The position numbers were made by a program, and so were the translations under genes. This document shows positions 28,166 to 37,002 of a DNA stretch of 54,784 nt, piece after piece (the stretch's first letter is position 1; each line of letters starts with the position of its first letter). The stretch comes from an uncultured Clostridia bacterium (GTDB lineage Bacteria > Bacillota > Clostridia > Christensenellales > UBA1242). The stretch lies in the NCBI GenBank assembly GCA_947630075.1, contig CANRGF010000001.1, forward strand, positions 1 through 54,784. The letters are read 5' to 3'. Below the pieces are notes generated by a model, which was given only the letters and a program-made list of their open reading frames with translations, did no database searches and had not been told where the DNA came from.

Positions 28166-28369
28166 CTAAATTTCTTTCAAACCTAGCAAATAATCAGTGG
28201 ACACATTAAAAAATTTTGCAAGTTTAACTAAGTTTATCACATCTGGATAACTTTTGCCCAACTCCCAAAGTGAAATCGTATCCTGCGTGGAAGAAATGAT
28301 TTTTGCCAACTGCCCTTGCGTAAGCCCCTTATCTTTCCTCAATTCTCTTATAATTTTTCCAACTTCCAT
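28166..28369 (-). CDS. XRE-family helix-turn-helix transcriptional regulator
   Basis: 67 aa with the Cro/C1-type HTH sequence IIRELRKDKGLTQGQLAKIISSTQDTISLWELGKSYP. Confidence 0.85.
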   Translation of the reverse strand: MEVGKIIRELRKDKGLTQGQLAKIISSTQDTISLWELGKSYPDVINLVKLAKFFNVSTDYLLGLKEI

Positions 28370-28748
28370 AATTATATTTTACGAATAAACATCGGGTATA
28401 TTTTGATTTACGCAAAATTCTCGTTGACAATATTTTACATATTTCGACAAAATGCTTTTTTAACATAAAAAACTCGCAAAAGCGAGCTTCTATTTTATTT
28501 TGTAGAATACTCCTTTCCGCCAATATAGGTTACACCCTTTTCTATGATTACCTCTTGCTCTTCTTTATCTGCACCTACACTCTAAGATTGGTGATTTCGC
28601 CATTATTATAGTGCAAATAAGCGCTATTCTCTGCGTCATATTCAACAAACACATTTTAGCGAGGATATAAGAAAGTTTTTTATGATTGATTTTTTTAATA
28701 GGCAAAAAATATGAAAATACGCATTTTATTCCGTTGATTATTCATTGC

Positions 28749-28777
28749 TTGACAATTTCGAAAAAATGTGATAATAT
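28749..28777 (+). promoter_or_regulatory. Consensus extended -10 promoter driving the large structured RNA
   Basis: TTGACA (28749-28754), a 17-nt spacer, then TGATAATAT (TAATAT = 28772-28777). Confidence 0.7.
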
Positions 28778-28784
28778 ATAGTTA

Positions 28785-29392
28785 TAGATATTCCTCGTTG
28801 GAATAATCTAGCGGAGGTGCAGTATCCTAGTCAACTAGGCTATGCGAGGATGCCGAAATAAGCATCGCTGGCAAAACTATGAAGTTCGTGGTGCTGGCTT
28901 TGGTTGCCCAAACCGGGGCTGGTGCTGGGAGTTAAGATAGGTGGGTCGCTCATAACGGCATATGGGCCCAAGCCCACCCATCGTGGAGACCTAAGTGGGT
29001 AATTATTAAACATTATTAGATGTTTGCCAAATTATCGCTTGGGATAGGAACCTGCATATGGCGAAAGTTATGTGCAGTGTAGCCTGCTTTGAGTGGTCAA
29101 ATGGGGATAGAGCCAAACGGCAAGGTGAGTTTAAGTACACGACAACCCTTGCAATGCTCTTGAAACTTTGAACGCAAAATTAAGATAAGCATAGTTGATG
29201 TTGTTAAGGAAATCTTCTAGGCTGTGTTCGCAGACGGCGCTTTGGGGATTATAGTGTGGTCTTAGTGGCGATTCGGTGCAAGTTTTGCGTAAAGGGAAAC
29301 CGCTTGACTGGTAACGGGCAAGTGCAAAATTGGGAAATCCAACCGAACCTTATGCCGCAAGGTTTACTCAAAGCGTTGCCTTCGTTTTTTTT
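28785..29392 (+). ncRNA. Large (~610 nt) structured non-coding RNA; candidate OLE (ornate, large, extremophilic)-class RNA; 3' end uncertain
   Basis: No ORF of at least 60 aa on either strand. The region is locally more GC-rich than its flanks and has a consensus promoter. Hairpins are dense. One is a 17-bp helix, 28889-28905 / 28911-28927, with 9 G-U pairs that would be A-C mismatches on the minus strand. Another, 29052-29060 / 29069-29077, is capped by GCGAAAGT. Others are AAACAT/ATGTTT at 29008-29025 and AACCTT/AAGGTT at 29346-29364. CCCACC (28973-28978) can pair either with GGTGGG (28940-28945) or, as ACCCA, with TGGGT (28996-29000). A T8 run lies at 29385-29392. A 4-TM DxxxD protein gene lies directly downstream. 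Confidence 0.55.
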
Positions 29393-29510
29393 AAAATAAC
29401 GCTTAGGCGAAAATATAAAAAATTTAAAAAAGCAAAAAAAAATTGCAAAATCTCATGAAATTTTAATGAAAAATTGCAAAAATGAAAAATTTTTTGCCAA
29501 AAAAGGGAAA

Positions 29511-30065
29511 ATGAAAAACGAAAATAAACCAAAATCAAACAAACCAAAATCTTGGGTGTGGCCAGTGAAAGTGCTAGTCCTCGCCATTTTTTTGTCATTT
29601 AGCTTTGGACTAATTAGCGAATTAGTTTTAAGCAATGCATTTGTTGCAGTGTCGATAATTGTGATTGTGATATTTATTGCTGTAAGTATATTTTTTGATA
29701 TGCTCGGTTTAGCCGTGGCATCGGCAAGCATTGAAAATTTCAACGCTATGGCAGCAAGAAAAGTGAAAGGTGCCAAGCAGGCAATATCTTTGGTGAAAAA
29801 TGCGGATAAAGTAAGTTCAATCTGTGCGGATGTGATAGGCGATGTGTGTGGCATTCTCTCTGGTGCGGCAGGCGCAAGCATTTTGGCAAAAATTAGTTTT
29901 GGCGGGAATTTTCAAGAAATCTTAATTGCTTCTATCATCTCTGCCATAATTGCCGGGCTTACAATATTTGGCAAGGCGAGCACAAAACGCTTTGCAATAA
30001 ATCATGCAGATAGCATCACCCTAAAATTCGCAAAATTTATAAATTTATTCACTCATAAAGATTAA
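29511..30065 (+). CDS. Four-TM membrane protein with DxxxD motif; OapA-like (OLE-associated protein A) candidate
   Basis: I prefer the ATG at 29511 after AAGGGAAA over the track start at 29466. The protein is 184 aa with four hydrophobic helices. The motif ADVIGDVCG (D107/D111) lies in the third helix. Confidence 0.7.
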   Translation: MKNENKPKSNKPKSWVWPVKVLVLAIFLSFSFGLISELVLSNAFVAVSIIVIVIFIAVSIFFDMLGLAVASASIENFNAMAARKVKGAKQAISLVKNADKVSSICADVIGDVCGILSGAAGASILAKISFGGNFQEILIASIISAIIAGLTIFGKASTKRFAINHADSITLKFAKFINLFTHKD

Positions 30066-30105
30066 AAAAACGCAACAAATGCGTTTTTTGTTGCGTTTTT
30101 GTTTT
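30064..30105. terminator. Bidirectional terminator region (two overlapping hairpins)
   Basis: AACGCA (30069-30074) pairs with TGCGTT (30080-30085), followed by a T-run. Alternatively, AACGCAACAAA (30069-30079) pairs with TTTGTTGCGTT (30087-30097). Confidence 0.7.
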
Positions 30106-30834
30106 TTATAATGTGAGACCGCCGTCCACTGTTATAATTTGACCGGTTATAAAACTAGCACTTTCGCTAGCTAAAAACTCCACAACATTTGCCACATCGC
30201 TCGGTTTGCCAATTCGGCTTATTGGTGTGGCCGAAATAATCTCTGCCAAATCTGCCTTTGAATATCCTTTGTTCATCTTTGTGTCTATTAGTCCGGGGCT
30301 AACAGCATTCACTCTAATGTGTGAAGGAGCAAGTTCTTTTGCAAGGCTCTTGGTTAGGCTATCTATTGCGCCCTTGCTTGCTGAATACACACTCTCCATG
30401 CTCGCGCCAACTTCTCCCCACATTGAAGATATATTGATGATATTGCCCATCTTTTCACTCACCATGTGTGGCACAACATGTTTTATTAAAAACACGCTCC
30501 CCTTCACATTAACGCCAAAAACGAAATCAAAATCGCTTTCGGTTACATCTTGAATTAGCCTGCTCTGAGCCACGCCTGCGGCATTCACCAAGCAATCAAT
30601 GCGCCTATATTTTTTTATCACATCAGCAACGACCTGCTTAACTTGTGTTTCAAGGCGGATGTCGCACTGATAAGCCGCCACATCCGTGATTTGAGCCAAC
30701 TCGGTGCACAACTTTTCAATTCCTTTTTTATTTTTATTGTAAATCAACAATAGCCTATATCCTAGGCTTGCAAATTTTCGGGCAATTTCACTGCCAATTC
30801 CACCACTTGCCCCGCTAATTAACACATTTTTCAT
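30106..30834 (-). CDS. SDR-family oxidoreductase (3-oxoacyl-ACP reductase-like)
   Basis: Contains SGASGGIGSEIA (TGxxxGxG), NAAG and the catalytic YSASK. 242 aa. Confidence 0.9.
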   Translation of the reverse strand: MKNVLISGASGGIGSEIARKFASLGYRLLLIYNKNKKGIEKLCTELAQITDVAAYQCDIRLETQVKQVVADVIKKYRRIDCLVNAAGVAQSRLIQDVTESDFDFVFGVNVKGSVFLIKHVVPHMVSEKMGNIINISSMWGEVGASMESVYSASKGAIDSLTKSLAKELAPSHIRVNAVSPGLIDTKMNKGYSKADLAEIISATPISRIGKPSDVANVVEFLASESASFITGQIITVDGGLTL

Positions 30835-30914
30835 AAAATTATTATACCAACATTTTCAAAAAAAACAAACAAAAAGTCCGTCCAAATTTATTTTAATTAA
30901 ATATAAATTATTTA

Positions 30915-30943
30915 TTGACTTTAAAATTTCAAATTATTATAAT
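30915..30943 (+). promoter_or_regulatory. Promoter of the 30950 gene (leaderless configuration)
   Basis: TTGACT (30915-30920), a 17-nt spacer, then TATAAT (30938-30943). ATG at 30950 lies 6 nt downstream. Confidence 0.65.
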
Positions 30944-30949
30944 GATTGT

Positions 30950-31810
30950 ATGAAAAAGTTTTTAAAGGTGCTTTTAATAGTTATTGTGTTGGTTGCATCT
31001 ATTGGGGGGACGGTGTATTTCTTTTATTCTCGCCTAAACCCACCAATCAATTATTTTGATAATTTATATGCCTTTTCGCATGACGAAAGTTTTAATGGCA
31101 AATTAACCGACGTGCAAGCCGCCATAGAGCAAAACACCTTGATTGATGACAATCGTTTTGAACTTATTGACGCCACAAACGCAAACTTGGATGCGGCACT
31201 TGATAGTTTAAACAACTATTTAATTCTTTCCAAAGAGAAGAAATTTAACGAAAAAGAGATTCGTCCACTTTATGGCATTTTAATGGACAGCAAGCAAAAC
31301 GTGCTAGACGCTATGGATGAATATCTAAACAAAACCACTGCCGCCCTTCCTGAGATGGCTTTCTCCACTGAAGCGGATTCGGTTTATCAATATTTTGCAA
31401 ATTATTTCATTGACTATGCAAACTTTTTGCTTGCATTTAGTTCCTCGCTAGATGTGTTTGAATTGAACACTGCCGTTGATTTGAAATTCACCATGATAGA
31501 CCTTTATTCTCGCACTTGCAAATCAATGTTTTCATCAGTTATTTCGGTTGGAAATTTGAAGAGAATAAGCAGCACAAATGAAGACAATATGAACTATCTA
31601 AACGAACGTTTTAAAATCAATAATTCTTTCATTGACGCTGGTGAAAATAGTTTTTCTCACAATATAAACATTTTCATTGAAAAATATAATCTTTGCAATA
31701 AAGATGAATTTGCAAAAAATTTGAAATCTAATGCAGAAAAAGGAAGTGCTTCATCTTCCGTGCTTGAGCAAGTGGTTGGTTTCTATTTCAAGCAAATATA
31801 TGGGGTTTAA
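30950..31810 (+). CDS. Hypothetical membrane-anchored/exported protein
   Basis: 286-aa ORF with an N-terminal TM segment, VLLIVIVLVASIGGTVYFFY. Confidence 0.7.
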   Translation: MKKFLKVLLIVIVLVASIGGTVYFFYSRLNPPINYFDNLYAFSHDESFNGKLTDVQAAIEQNTLIDDNRFELIDATNANLDAALDSLNNYLILSKEKKFNEKEIRPLYGILMDSKQNVLDAMDEYLNKTTAALPEMAFSTEADSVYQYFANYFIDYANFLLAFSSSLDVFELNTAVDLKFTMIDLYSRTCKSMFSSVISVGNLKRISSTNEDNMNYLNERFKINNSFIDAGENSFSHNINIFIEKYNLCNKDEFAKNLKSNAEKGSASSSVLEQVVGFYFKQIYGV

Positions 31811-31812
31811 AT

Positions 31813-32925
31813 ATGAAAAAGAAAATTTTGTGTTTAATCTTAGGCATTTTCTTGTGCGTGGGTAGCGTTGGACTATTTGCCTGCAAAAAAAACACCGGCT
31901 ATGCAATTGAGCAGTTTAAAACAGACTATGCAAACATTGCCAAAGAATGTTCGGCAATCTATTTCAACACAAACGAAAATAGATTGGAGTTTGATTATGA
32001 TGTTTATGAGGCAGACGGGAAGCACTATCTCACTGAAGCGCTTCAAGTTGAGCCTTTCAACAACGTAGAAAATTTTAATGATATATTTTATAACTCCACC
32101 AAATTTATTTCAAGCAGCATGAATGCAATTTCGTCAAAAGGCTATAATGTGGAACGAGCCTTGCGAGATGAACTTCAGCAAAAATTGGAAGATTTCAAAG
32201 TGGCAATATTAAAGGTGGATTTGCAAACGGATGAATTGGCTTCACAAGTTCATTTTAATGTAACGGGCGATATTCAGCAGGGCGTTTATCTGCAAACGTT
32301 AAAATATCTGTTGGATAGTTATAATGACCTTTATTTTGCAAGTTACGAGCTAACCAACACCGTGTCTAAAATTTTCTTCACCTATATGCGCCCAAACTAC
32401 AATCTTGATTATTCAAAAACTTCTCTTGCCGATTTCAACGCAGAAGAAGTGCTTGCAAATCTGCAAAGTAAAATAGATTATGAGTTGTCCCTTTTAAGTT
32501 ACACTTACTATCAAAGAAATCTCGCTTCGAGCGATATCACAGAAAAAATCGTAACTCCAAGTGAAGAGAAAAATCCAACCTTTGGCAGCATGGGAGAGGC
32601 GTTTGACGCCTATCACATTAAGGCAGATTCTATTGGTGGCGAGCACAAATTTGACCAATCTTTAGCCGAAACAATTAACAGCGACACAGTTATGAAAGAG
32701 CAGTTTTTGTGGGCTTCTATTGAAATTTATAATGTTACCACCTGCCTAAACAACAACTTTGAAATGTATTATAAGGCTTCTCACGAAATTGACTATATAA
32801 CAGTGTTGGATGCACCTAACCCAACCGAATATGAACTTTCGTGCTTGGAAATTATAGACAATTACTATTATCTCTCAGACCAATTCTTCGCAGCACTTTC
32901 AAAAGCTGTTGACATCATCTATTAG
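31813..32925 (+). CDS. Lipoprotein, unknown function
   Basis: The signal peptide with lipobox reads MKKKILCLILGIFLCVGSVGLFAC. It starts 2 nt after the preceding gene. Confidence 0.75.
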   Translation: MKKKILCLILGIFLCVGSVGLFACKKNTGYAIEQFKTDYANIAKECSAIYFNTNENRLEFDYDVYEADGKHYLTEALQVEPFNNVENFNDIFYNSTKFISSSMNAISSKGYNVERALRDELQQKLEDFKVAILKVDLQTDELASQVHFNVTGDIQQGVYLQTLKYLLDSYNDLYFASYELTNTVSKIFFTYMRPNYNLDYSKTSLADFNAEEVLANLQSKIDYELSLLSYTYYQRNLASSDITEKIVTPSEEKNPTFGSMGEAFDAYHIKADSIGGEHKFDQSLAETINSDTVMKEQFLWASIEIYNVTTCLNNNFEMYYKASHEIDYITVLDAPNPTEYELSCLEIIDNYYYLSDQFFAALSKAVDIIY

Positions 32926-32933
32926 GAGATTTT

Positions 32934-34592
32934 ATGACTAGCAAACAAAACGAAATTTTAGCAGATATGTTGTATCCAAACGCTTTGGATACTTCTTTTT
33001 ATTTAAAGAAATATAAATCAAGAAAAACTTCGGGCGAAGTAACGCGAATTGCCCCTAGCCCAACAGGATTTTTGCATATCGGGCAACTCTATCAAGCGGT
33101 TATTCATCGCCTTTTGGCAAACAAAACAGATGGAATTTTCTATTGCAGGCTTGAAGACACAGACAATAAGCGAGAGGTTGCCAAAGCGGGCGAAATTGCC
33201 TATGATATGCTAGTGCGCTTTGGCTTAAAGCCGGACGAAGGCTATTGCGGAGCAAAAAAAGAAACGGGTGAATATGGCCCTTATGTTCAATCTAAAAGGC
33301 TGGAAATTTATCAATCCTTTGCCCACGAACTCGTTAAACGCGGGCACGCTTTCCCTTGCTTCTGCGCTAGCAGTGAAAACAAAGAAGAAATTTTACAAAA
33401 GCGCGAAGAGGAGCTTGAAGAAAGCGGAGATTTGGAGGTTAAAGACCCATGCAGAAATCTCTCACTAAAAGAGATTGAAGCAAACCTTAAAGCGGGCAAA
33501 AAGTTTGCTTTGCGCTTAAAATCTAGCGGAGATGCAAACAAAACTCATGAATTCGTTGACCAAATCAAAGGCAAAAAAGATTTGCGCGAAAACGCAAAAG
33601 ACGATGTGCTCATAAAATCTAACGGCATTCCGGTTTATTCTTTTGCCCATATTGTGGATGACACGCTTATGGGCACAACCACTGTCATTCGCGGGCAAGA
33701 GTGGTTTCAATCACTGCCTGTACACATTGAATTGGCTCAAGCATTTGGCTTTAAGCCTTTCAAATATGCGCATACGCCAAACATTTGCGTGCTAGATGAG
33801 CAAACGGGCAACAAGCGAAAAATCAGCAAGAGAAAAGACGCTTTTGCCGATGTGCGCTTCTTCTTGCGTTCGGGCTACCCTATCAACGCAGTTATTGAAT
33901 ATCTATTAAACTTATTAAATAGTGATTTTGAAATTTGGCGCAAACAAAACCCAACTCTGCCATACACCGATTTCCCTTTTGACATCAAAAAAATTGGTGT
34001 AACCAACCCTATGTTTGATTTCTTGAAATTAAACGACATTTCAAAAACAATTATCTCAAAGTACACAGCCAATGAAGTTTACTCCACCGCTCTTGAATGG
34101 GCAAAAGAGTGGAACGAAAAGGACTATAAAACTATTGCCGAAAATAAAGATGTGCTCACTCAAATTTTTGCAATAGACCGCGGTGGCGATAGACCAAGAA
34201 AGGACATAACAAAATTTGACGAAATCACCTCTCTTTATGACTATGTGCTGCCAAACTTCAAGCCAAAATTCAATTTTGAATTGGGCAATGTGCAAAAGCA
34301 AAATTTAGTGGAATTTTTGCTAGATTATGCAAAAAATTACACATATCAGCCAGATAACTCTGCTTGGTTTGAAAACCTTAAGCAAGTTGCTTCTCTTCAC
34401 AATTTTGCTGATAACAAGACCTATAAGCAAAACCCTTCTTCCTACGCTGGTAATGTTAGCGATGCTTCAAAATTTGTGCGTTTGGCAATCACAGGCAAGG
34501 AAAATAGCCCAGAACTATATTCAATTATGAAAATCTTAGGCGAAACTGAATGCAAAAAGCGTTTAAACAACTTAATTAAGCATATTAAATAA
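32934..34592 (+). CDS. gltX: Glutamate--tRNA ligase
   Basis: Contains RIAPSPTGFLHIGQ (HIGH region) and KISKRK (KMSKS). At 552 aa it is longer than typical bacterial GluRS. Confidence 0.88.
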   Translation: MTSKQNEILADMLYPNALDTSFYLKKYKSRKTSGEVTRIAPSPTGFLHIGQLYQAVIHRLLANKTDGIFYCRLEDTDNKREVAKAGEIAYDMLVRFGLKPDEGYCGAKKETGEYGPYVQSKRLEIYQSFAHELVKRGHAFPCFCASSENKEEILQKREEELEESGDLEVKDPCRNLSLKEIEANLKAGKKFALRLKSSGDANKTHEFVDQIKGKKDLRENAKDDVLIKSNGIPVYSFAHIVDDTLMGTTTVIRGQEWFQSLPVHIELAQAFGFKPFKYAHTPNICVLDEQTGNKRKISKRKDAFADVRFFLRSGYPINAVIEYLLNLLNSDFEIWRKQNPTLPYTDFPFDIKKIGVTNPMFDFLKLNDISKTIISKYTANEVYSTALEWAKEWNEKDYKTIAENKDVLTQIFAIDRGGDRPRKDITKFDEITSLYDYVLPNFKPKFNFELGNVQKQNLVEFLLDYAKNYTYQPDNSAWFENLKQVASLHNFADNKTYKQNPSSYAGNVSDASKFVRLAITGKENSPELYSIMKILGETECKKRLNNLIKHIK

Positions 34593-34593
34593 T

Positions 34594-34618
34594 CCACGCA
34601 ATTAAGCGTGGGTTTTTA
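34594..34618 (+). terminator. Intrinsic terminator after gltX
   Basis: CCACGC (34594-34599) pairs with GCGTGG (34606-34611), followed by GTTTTT. Confidence 0.7.
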
Positions 34619-34680
34619 TTATTCACTTTTTTTGTTTTGATTTAATATTAAAAAGTGATAAAATTGAATTGGAGGTGTTT

Positions 34681-35211
34681 ATGCCAGCAAGAAAGACGGC
34701 GTCAAAGCAAAGCAAAAAAGTTGAGTTGGATTTTGACATAGACGAAAAGGCGGGCAAAAAGGTTAATAAAGAATTAAAGCGCACTCCTATAAAGACCTTA
34801 ATTTTACTATTTTTAACCCTATTAATTGGGCTTGGAGTAGGTGCTTGGCCTACATATTTTCTAACACGCAACGATTGTTTTGAACTTATTGGCGAAGAAG
34901 AAATCACACTAACCTTGAATGACAAATATTTAGATAGCGGAGTTAGAGTTATTGCATTTAATAAAGACGATAGCAAAAAGGTTAAGATTTCCACGAATTT
35001 AGATGTTGATGAAAATGGCAACTACTATTCAAATGAGGTTGGCACATTCTATATTGCTTACACTGTGGACAATTTTAAATATGGCACAATTTTTAAAATT
35101 CAAAAGATTAGGCTTATCACTTTTGTTGAGCCAAGTGAAGATGACAATCTAGAAGAAACCGAGCAGCAAGCATCTTCAATTTCCAACATAAAGGAGGCAG
35201 ACAATGGCTAG
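34681..35211 (+). CDS. Hypothetical single-pass membrane protein
   Basis: I prefer the ATG at 34681 after GGAGGTG, since the track start at 34669 is TTG. The TM segment is LILLFLTLLIGLGVGAW. Its end overlaps the next gene. Confidence 0.7.
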   Translation: MPARKTASKQSKKVELDFDIDEKAGKKVNKELKRTPIKTLILLFLTLLIGLGVGAWPTYFLTRNDCFELIGEEEITLTLNDKYLDSGVRVIAFNKDDSKKVKISTNLDVDENGNYYSNEVGTFYIAYTVDNFKYGTIFKIQKIRLITFVEPSEDDNLEETEQQASSISNIKEADNG

Positions 35212-36391
35212 AAAAACTAAATCTCGCGGAATAAATTTCTTTGCCCTATTATTGGCCTTAATTTTGGGAGCGTGTGTTGGCTTTGGCATAATTAGTTATC
35301 TCACTCTGCCTGAAACGGACGAATTAACTATTGGCGAGGAAGTGTTTTATTCTTATGAAAACTCAAGCGTTTCCAACCAAAAATTAGACTTAAAAGATGA
35401 TGAATTGTCCGTCCACTTCCTTGAACTTGGCAATAAATACACGGGCGATTGCACATACATAAAATATGGCGATGTGGACATTTTAATTGACTGTGGCTCA
35501 AAGACCAACAGCATCAGCACTGTTGCAAATTATCTCAATCAATATGTTACGGACAACACGCTCGAATTTGTGATAATCACCCACGCTCACACCGACCATT
35601 ATGCCGGCTTTGCCACGAGCGAAAAAATGGATAGCATTTTTGATTTATATAGTTGCCAAACCATTATAACTTTTGCAAACACCAATCAAAAAGAGAGCTC
35701 GGCAACCTATAAAAACTTTAATCGAGAACTTAATGCGGAAATCGAAGAAGGTGCAAAACATTTCACCGCACTAGAATGCTGGAATGGAAGCGAAAACGCA
35801 CAAGGCGAAAAGGCGCAAAAGCAATTTGATTTGGCAGAAAACTTATCTTTAAAGATTTTATATCAAAAATATTATGAGCAAACTGCTAAAAAAGAAAACA
35901 ATTACTCTGTTTGTTGCTTGCTGACGCACGGCACAGGTGAGAGTGCACACAACTTTTTATTCACCGGAGATTTGGAGGCGGACGGCGAGCAAAGCTTGGT
36001 GGAAAATAACCCTGATTTGCCAAAGGTGGACGTGTTTAAAGCAGGGCATCACGGCAGCAACACGAGTTCTAACGATGTGTTGCTAGAAGTTATTCGTCCT
36101 GAAATTGTGTGCATTTGCTGCTGTGCCGGCAGCCCAGAATACACAACCACAGAAGCCAATCAATTCCCTGCACAAGAATTTATCGATAGAATGAGCAAAT
36201 TTGAGGTGAGTGAAATTTATGTAACCACACTATGTGTTGACTATGAAAATGACGAATTCACTTCATTTAATGGCAACATCACAATCATTTCAAAAGCAAA
36301 TGAAGAATTGCGAAAAAACTTTAGCAATTCACCAACCACACTGCAACAAACAGATTGGTTTAAAGCGAATCGAGAATGGAAAGCGAATTAA
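35204..36391 (+). CDS. Membrane-anchored MBL-fold metallohydrolase (ComEC C-terminal-domain-like)
   Basis: An N-terminal TM segment is followed by HAHTDHYAG (HxHxDH), GDLEADGE and KAGHHGS. Confidence 0.85.
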   Translation: MARKTKSRGINFFALLLALILGACVGFGIISYLTLPETDELTIGEEVFYSYENSSVSNQKLDLKDDELSVHFLELGNKYTGDCTYIKYGDVDILIDCGSKTNSISTVANYLNQYVTDNTLEFVIITHAHTDHYAGFATSEKMDSIFDLYSCQTIITFANTNQKESSATYKNFNRELNAEIEEGAKHFTALECWNGSENAQGEKAQKQFDLAENLSLKILYQKYYEQTAKKENNYSVCCLLTHGTGESAHNFLFTGDLEADGEQSLVENNPDLPKVDVFKAGHHGSNTSSNDVLLEVIRPEIVCICCCAGSPEYTTTEANQFPAQEFIDRMSKFEVSEIYVTTLCVDYENDEFTSFNGNITIISKANEELRKNFSNSPTTLQQTDWFKANREWKAN

Positions 36392-36419
36392 AAAAGAGCA
36401 ATTTAATTGCCCTTTTTTA

Positions 36420-36878
36420 TTATTTGTTTTCTGCTTGTTTGCGCTTTGCTTGCATTTCGTTTTGTGCCGTTGCGTGCTCAACAATGCTTTCACCCACACA
36501 CCAACTAGCAATCATATAGCCTGTGGTCATGAGCGAAATTAGCGAAACAGAAATGAATAAATTGAAGAAGTCTACGGCAAGCCCTGTTCTGCCAGCATTA
36601 ATCACATATAATATGCATGCCATCACAACAGCCAACACACTAAGCACATAAACAATAAAGCCAGAAATTGTTTTGCCTTCGTGAGTGTTGGTGCAGATTA
36701 TGTCAAAAATCAAATTGCCAACAACAAAACCCGTCCAAACATAATAGATGATTTTTGCCCACAATGCCACATCTTTAACCACTAAGCAATAGACGAAAAA
36801 GCCTGCGCTAACCATTGCCAAAGCAATAAGTGTGTAATAAACAATTATGGCCAATACTTTTTTGTTGAAAATGCTCAT
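36420..36878 (-). CDS. Hypothetical polytopic membrane protein
   Basis: 152-aa ORF with RBS AGGAGGACA and about 4 hydrophobic helices. Confidence 0.7.
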   Translation of the reverse strand: MSIFNKKVLAIIVYYTLIALAMVSAGFFVYCLVVKDVALWAKIIYYVWTGFVVGNLIFDIICTNTHEGKTISGFIVYVLSVLAVVMACILYVINAGRTGLAVDFFNLFISVSLISLMTTGYMIASWCVGESIVEHATAQNEMQAKRKQAENK

Positions 36879-37002
36879 TTTGTCCTCCTATGAGTATTCT
36901 TAACAAAAATTAAAATTTTATGCAAAATTGAAAATTAACAAGAAAATTATTAAAAAACATTAAAAATAGTGCGTTTTATCAATTTTTTTATATTTTAAGT
37001 GC

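Noticed and set aside
27557-28369. XRE-HTH (67 aa) followed by a GNAT acetyltransferase, considered as a possible GNAT-toxin type II toxin-antitoxin pair
   Set aside because: The GNAT has the RimJ/RimL-type N-terminal signature (ETDRLVLRKF..) rather than a TacT/AtaT-like one. The genes are 84 nt apart, and the GNAT gene has its own consensus leaderless promoter (28089-28117). Known GNAT toxins pair with RHH/DUF1778 antitoxins, not XRE.
28785-29392. Whether the large non-coding RNA could be RNase P RNA, tmRNA, SRP RNA, a riboswitch or a group II intron
   Set aside because: There is no GAGGAAAGUCC-type P4 motif. There is no tRNA-like 5' GGGG / 3' CCACCA end and no tag ORF ending in ..AA-stop. 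I saw no SRP domain IV motif and no domain V-like hairpin or intron-encoded protein. The length of ~610 nt is far above known riboswitch aptamers.
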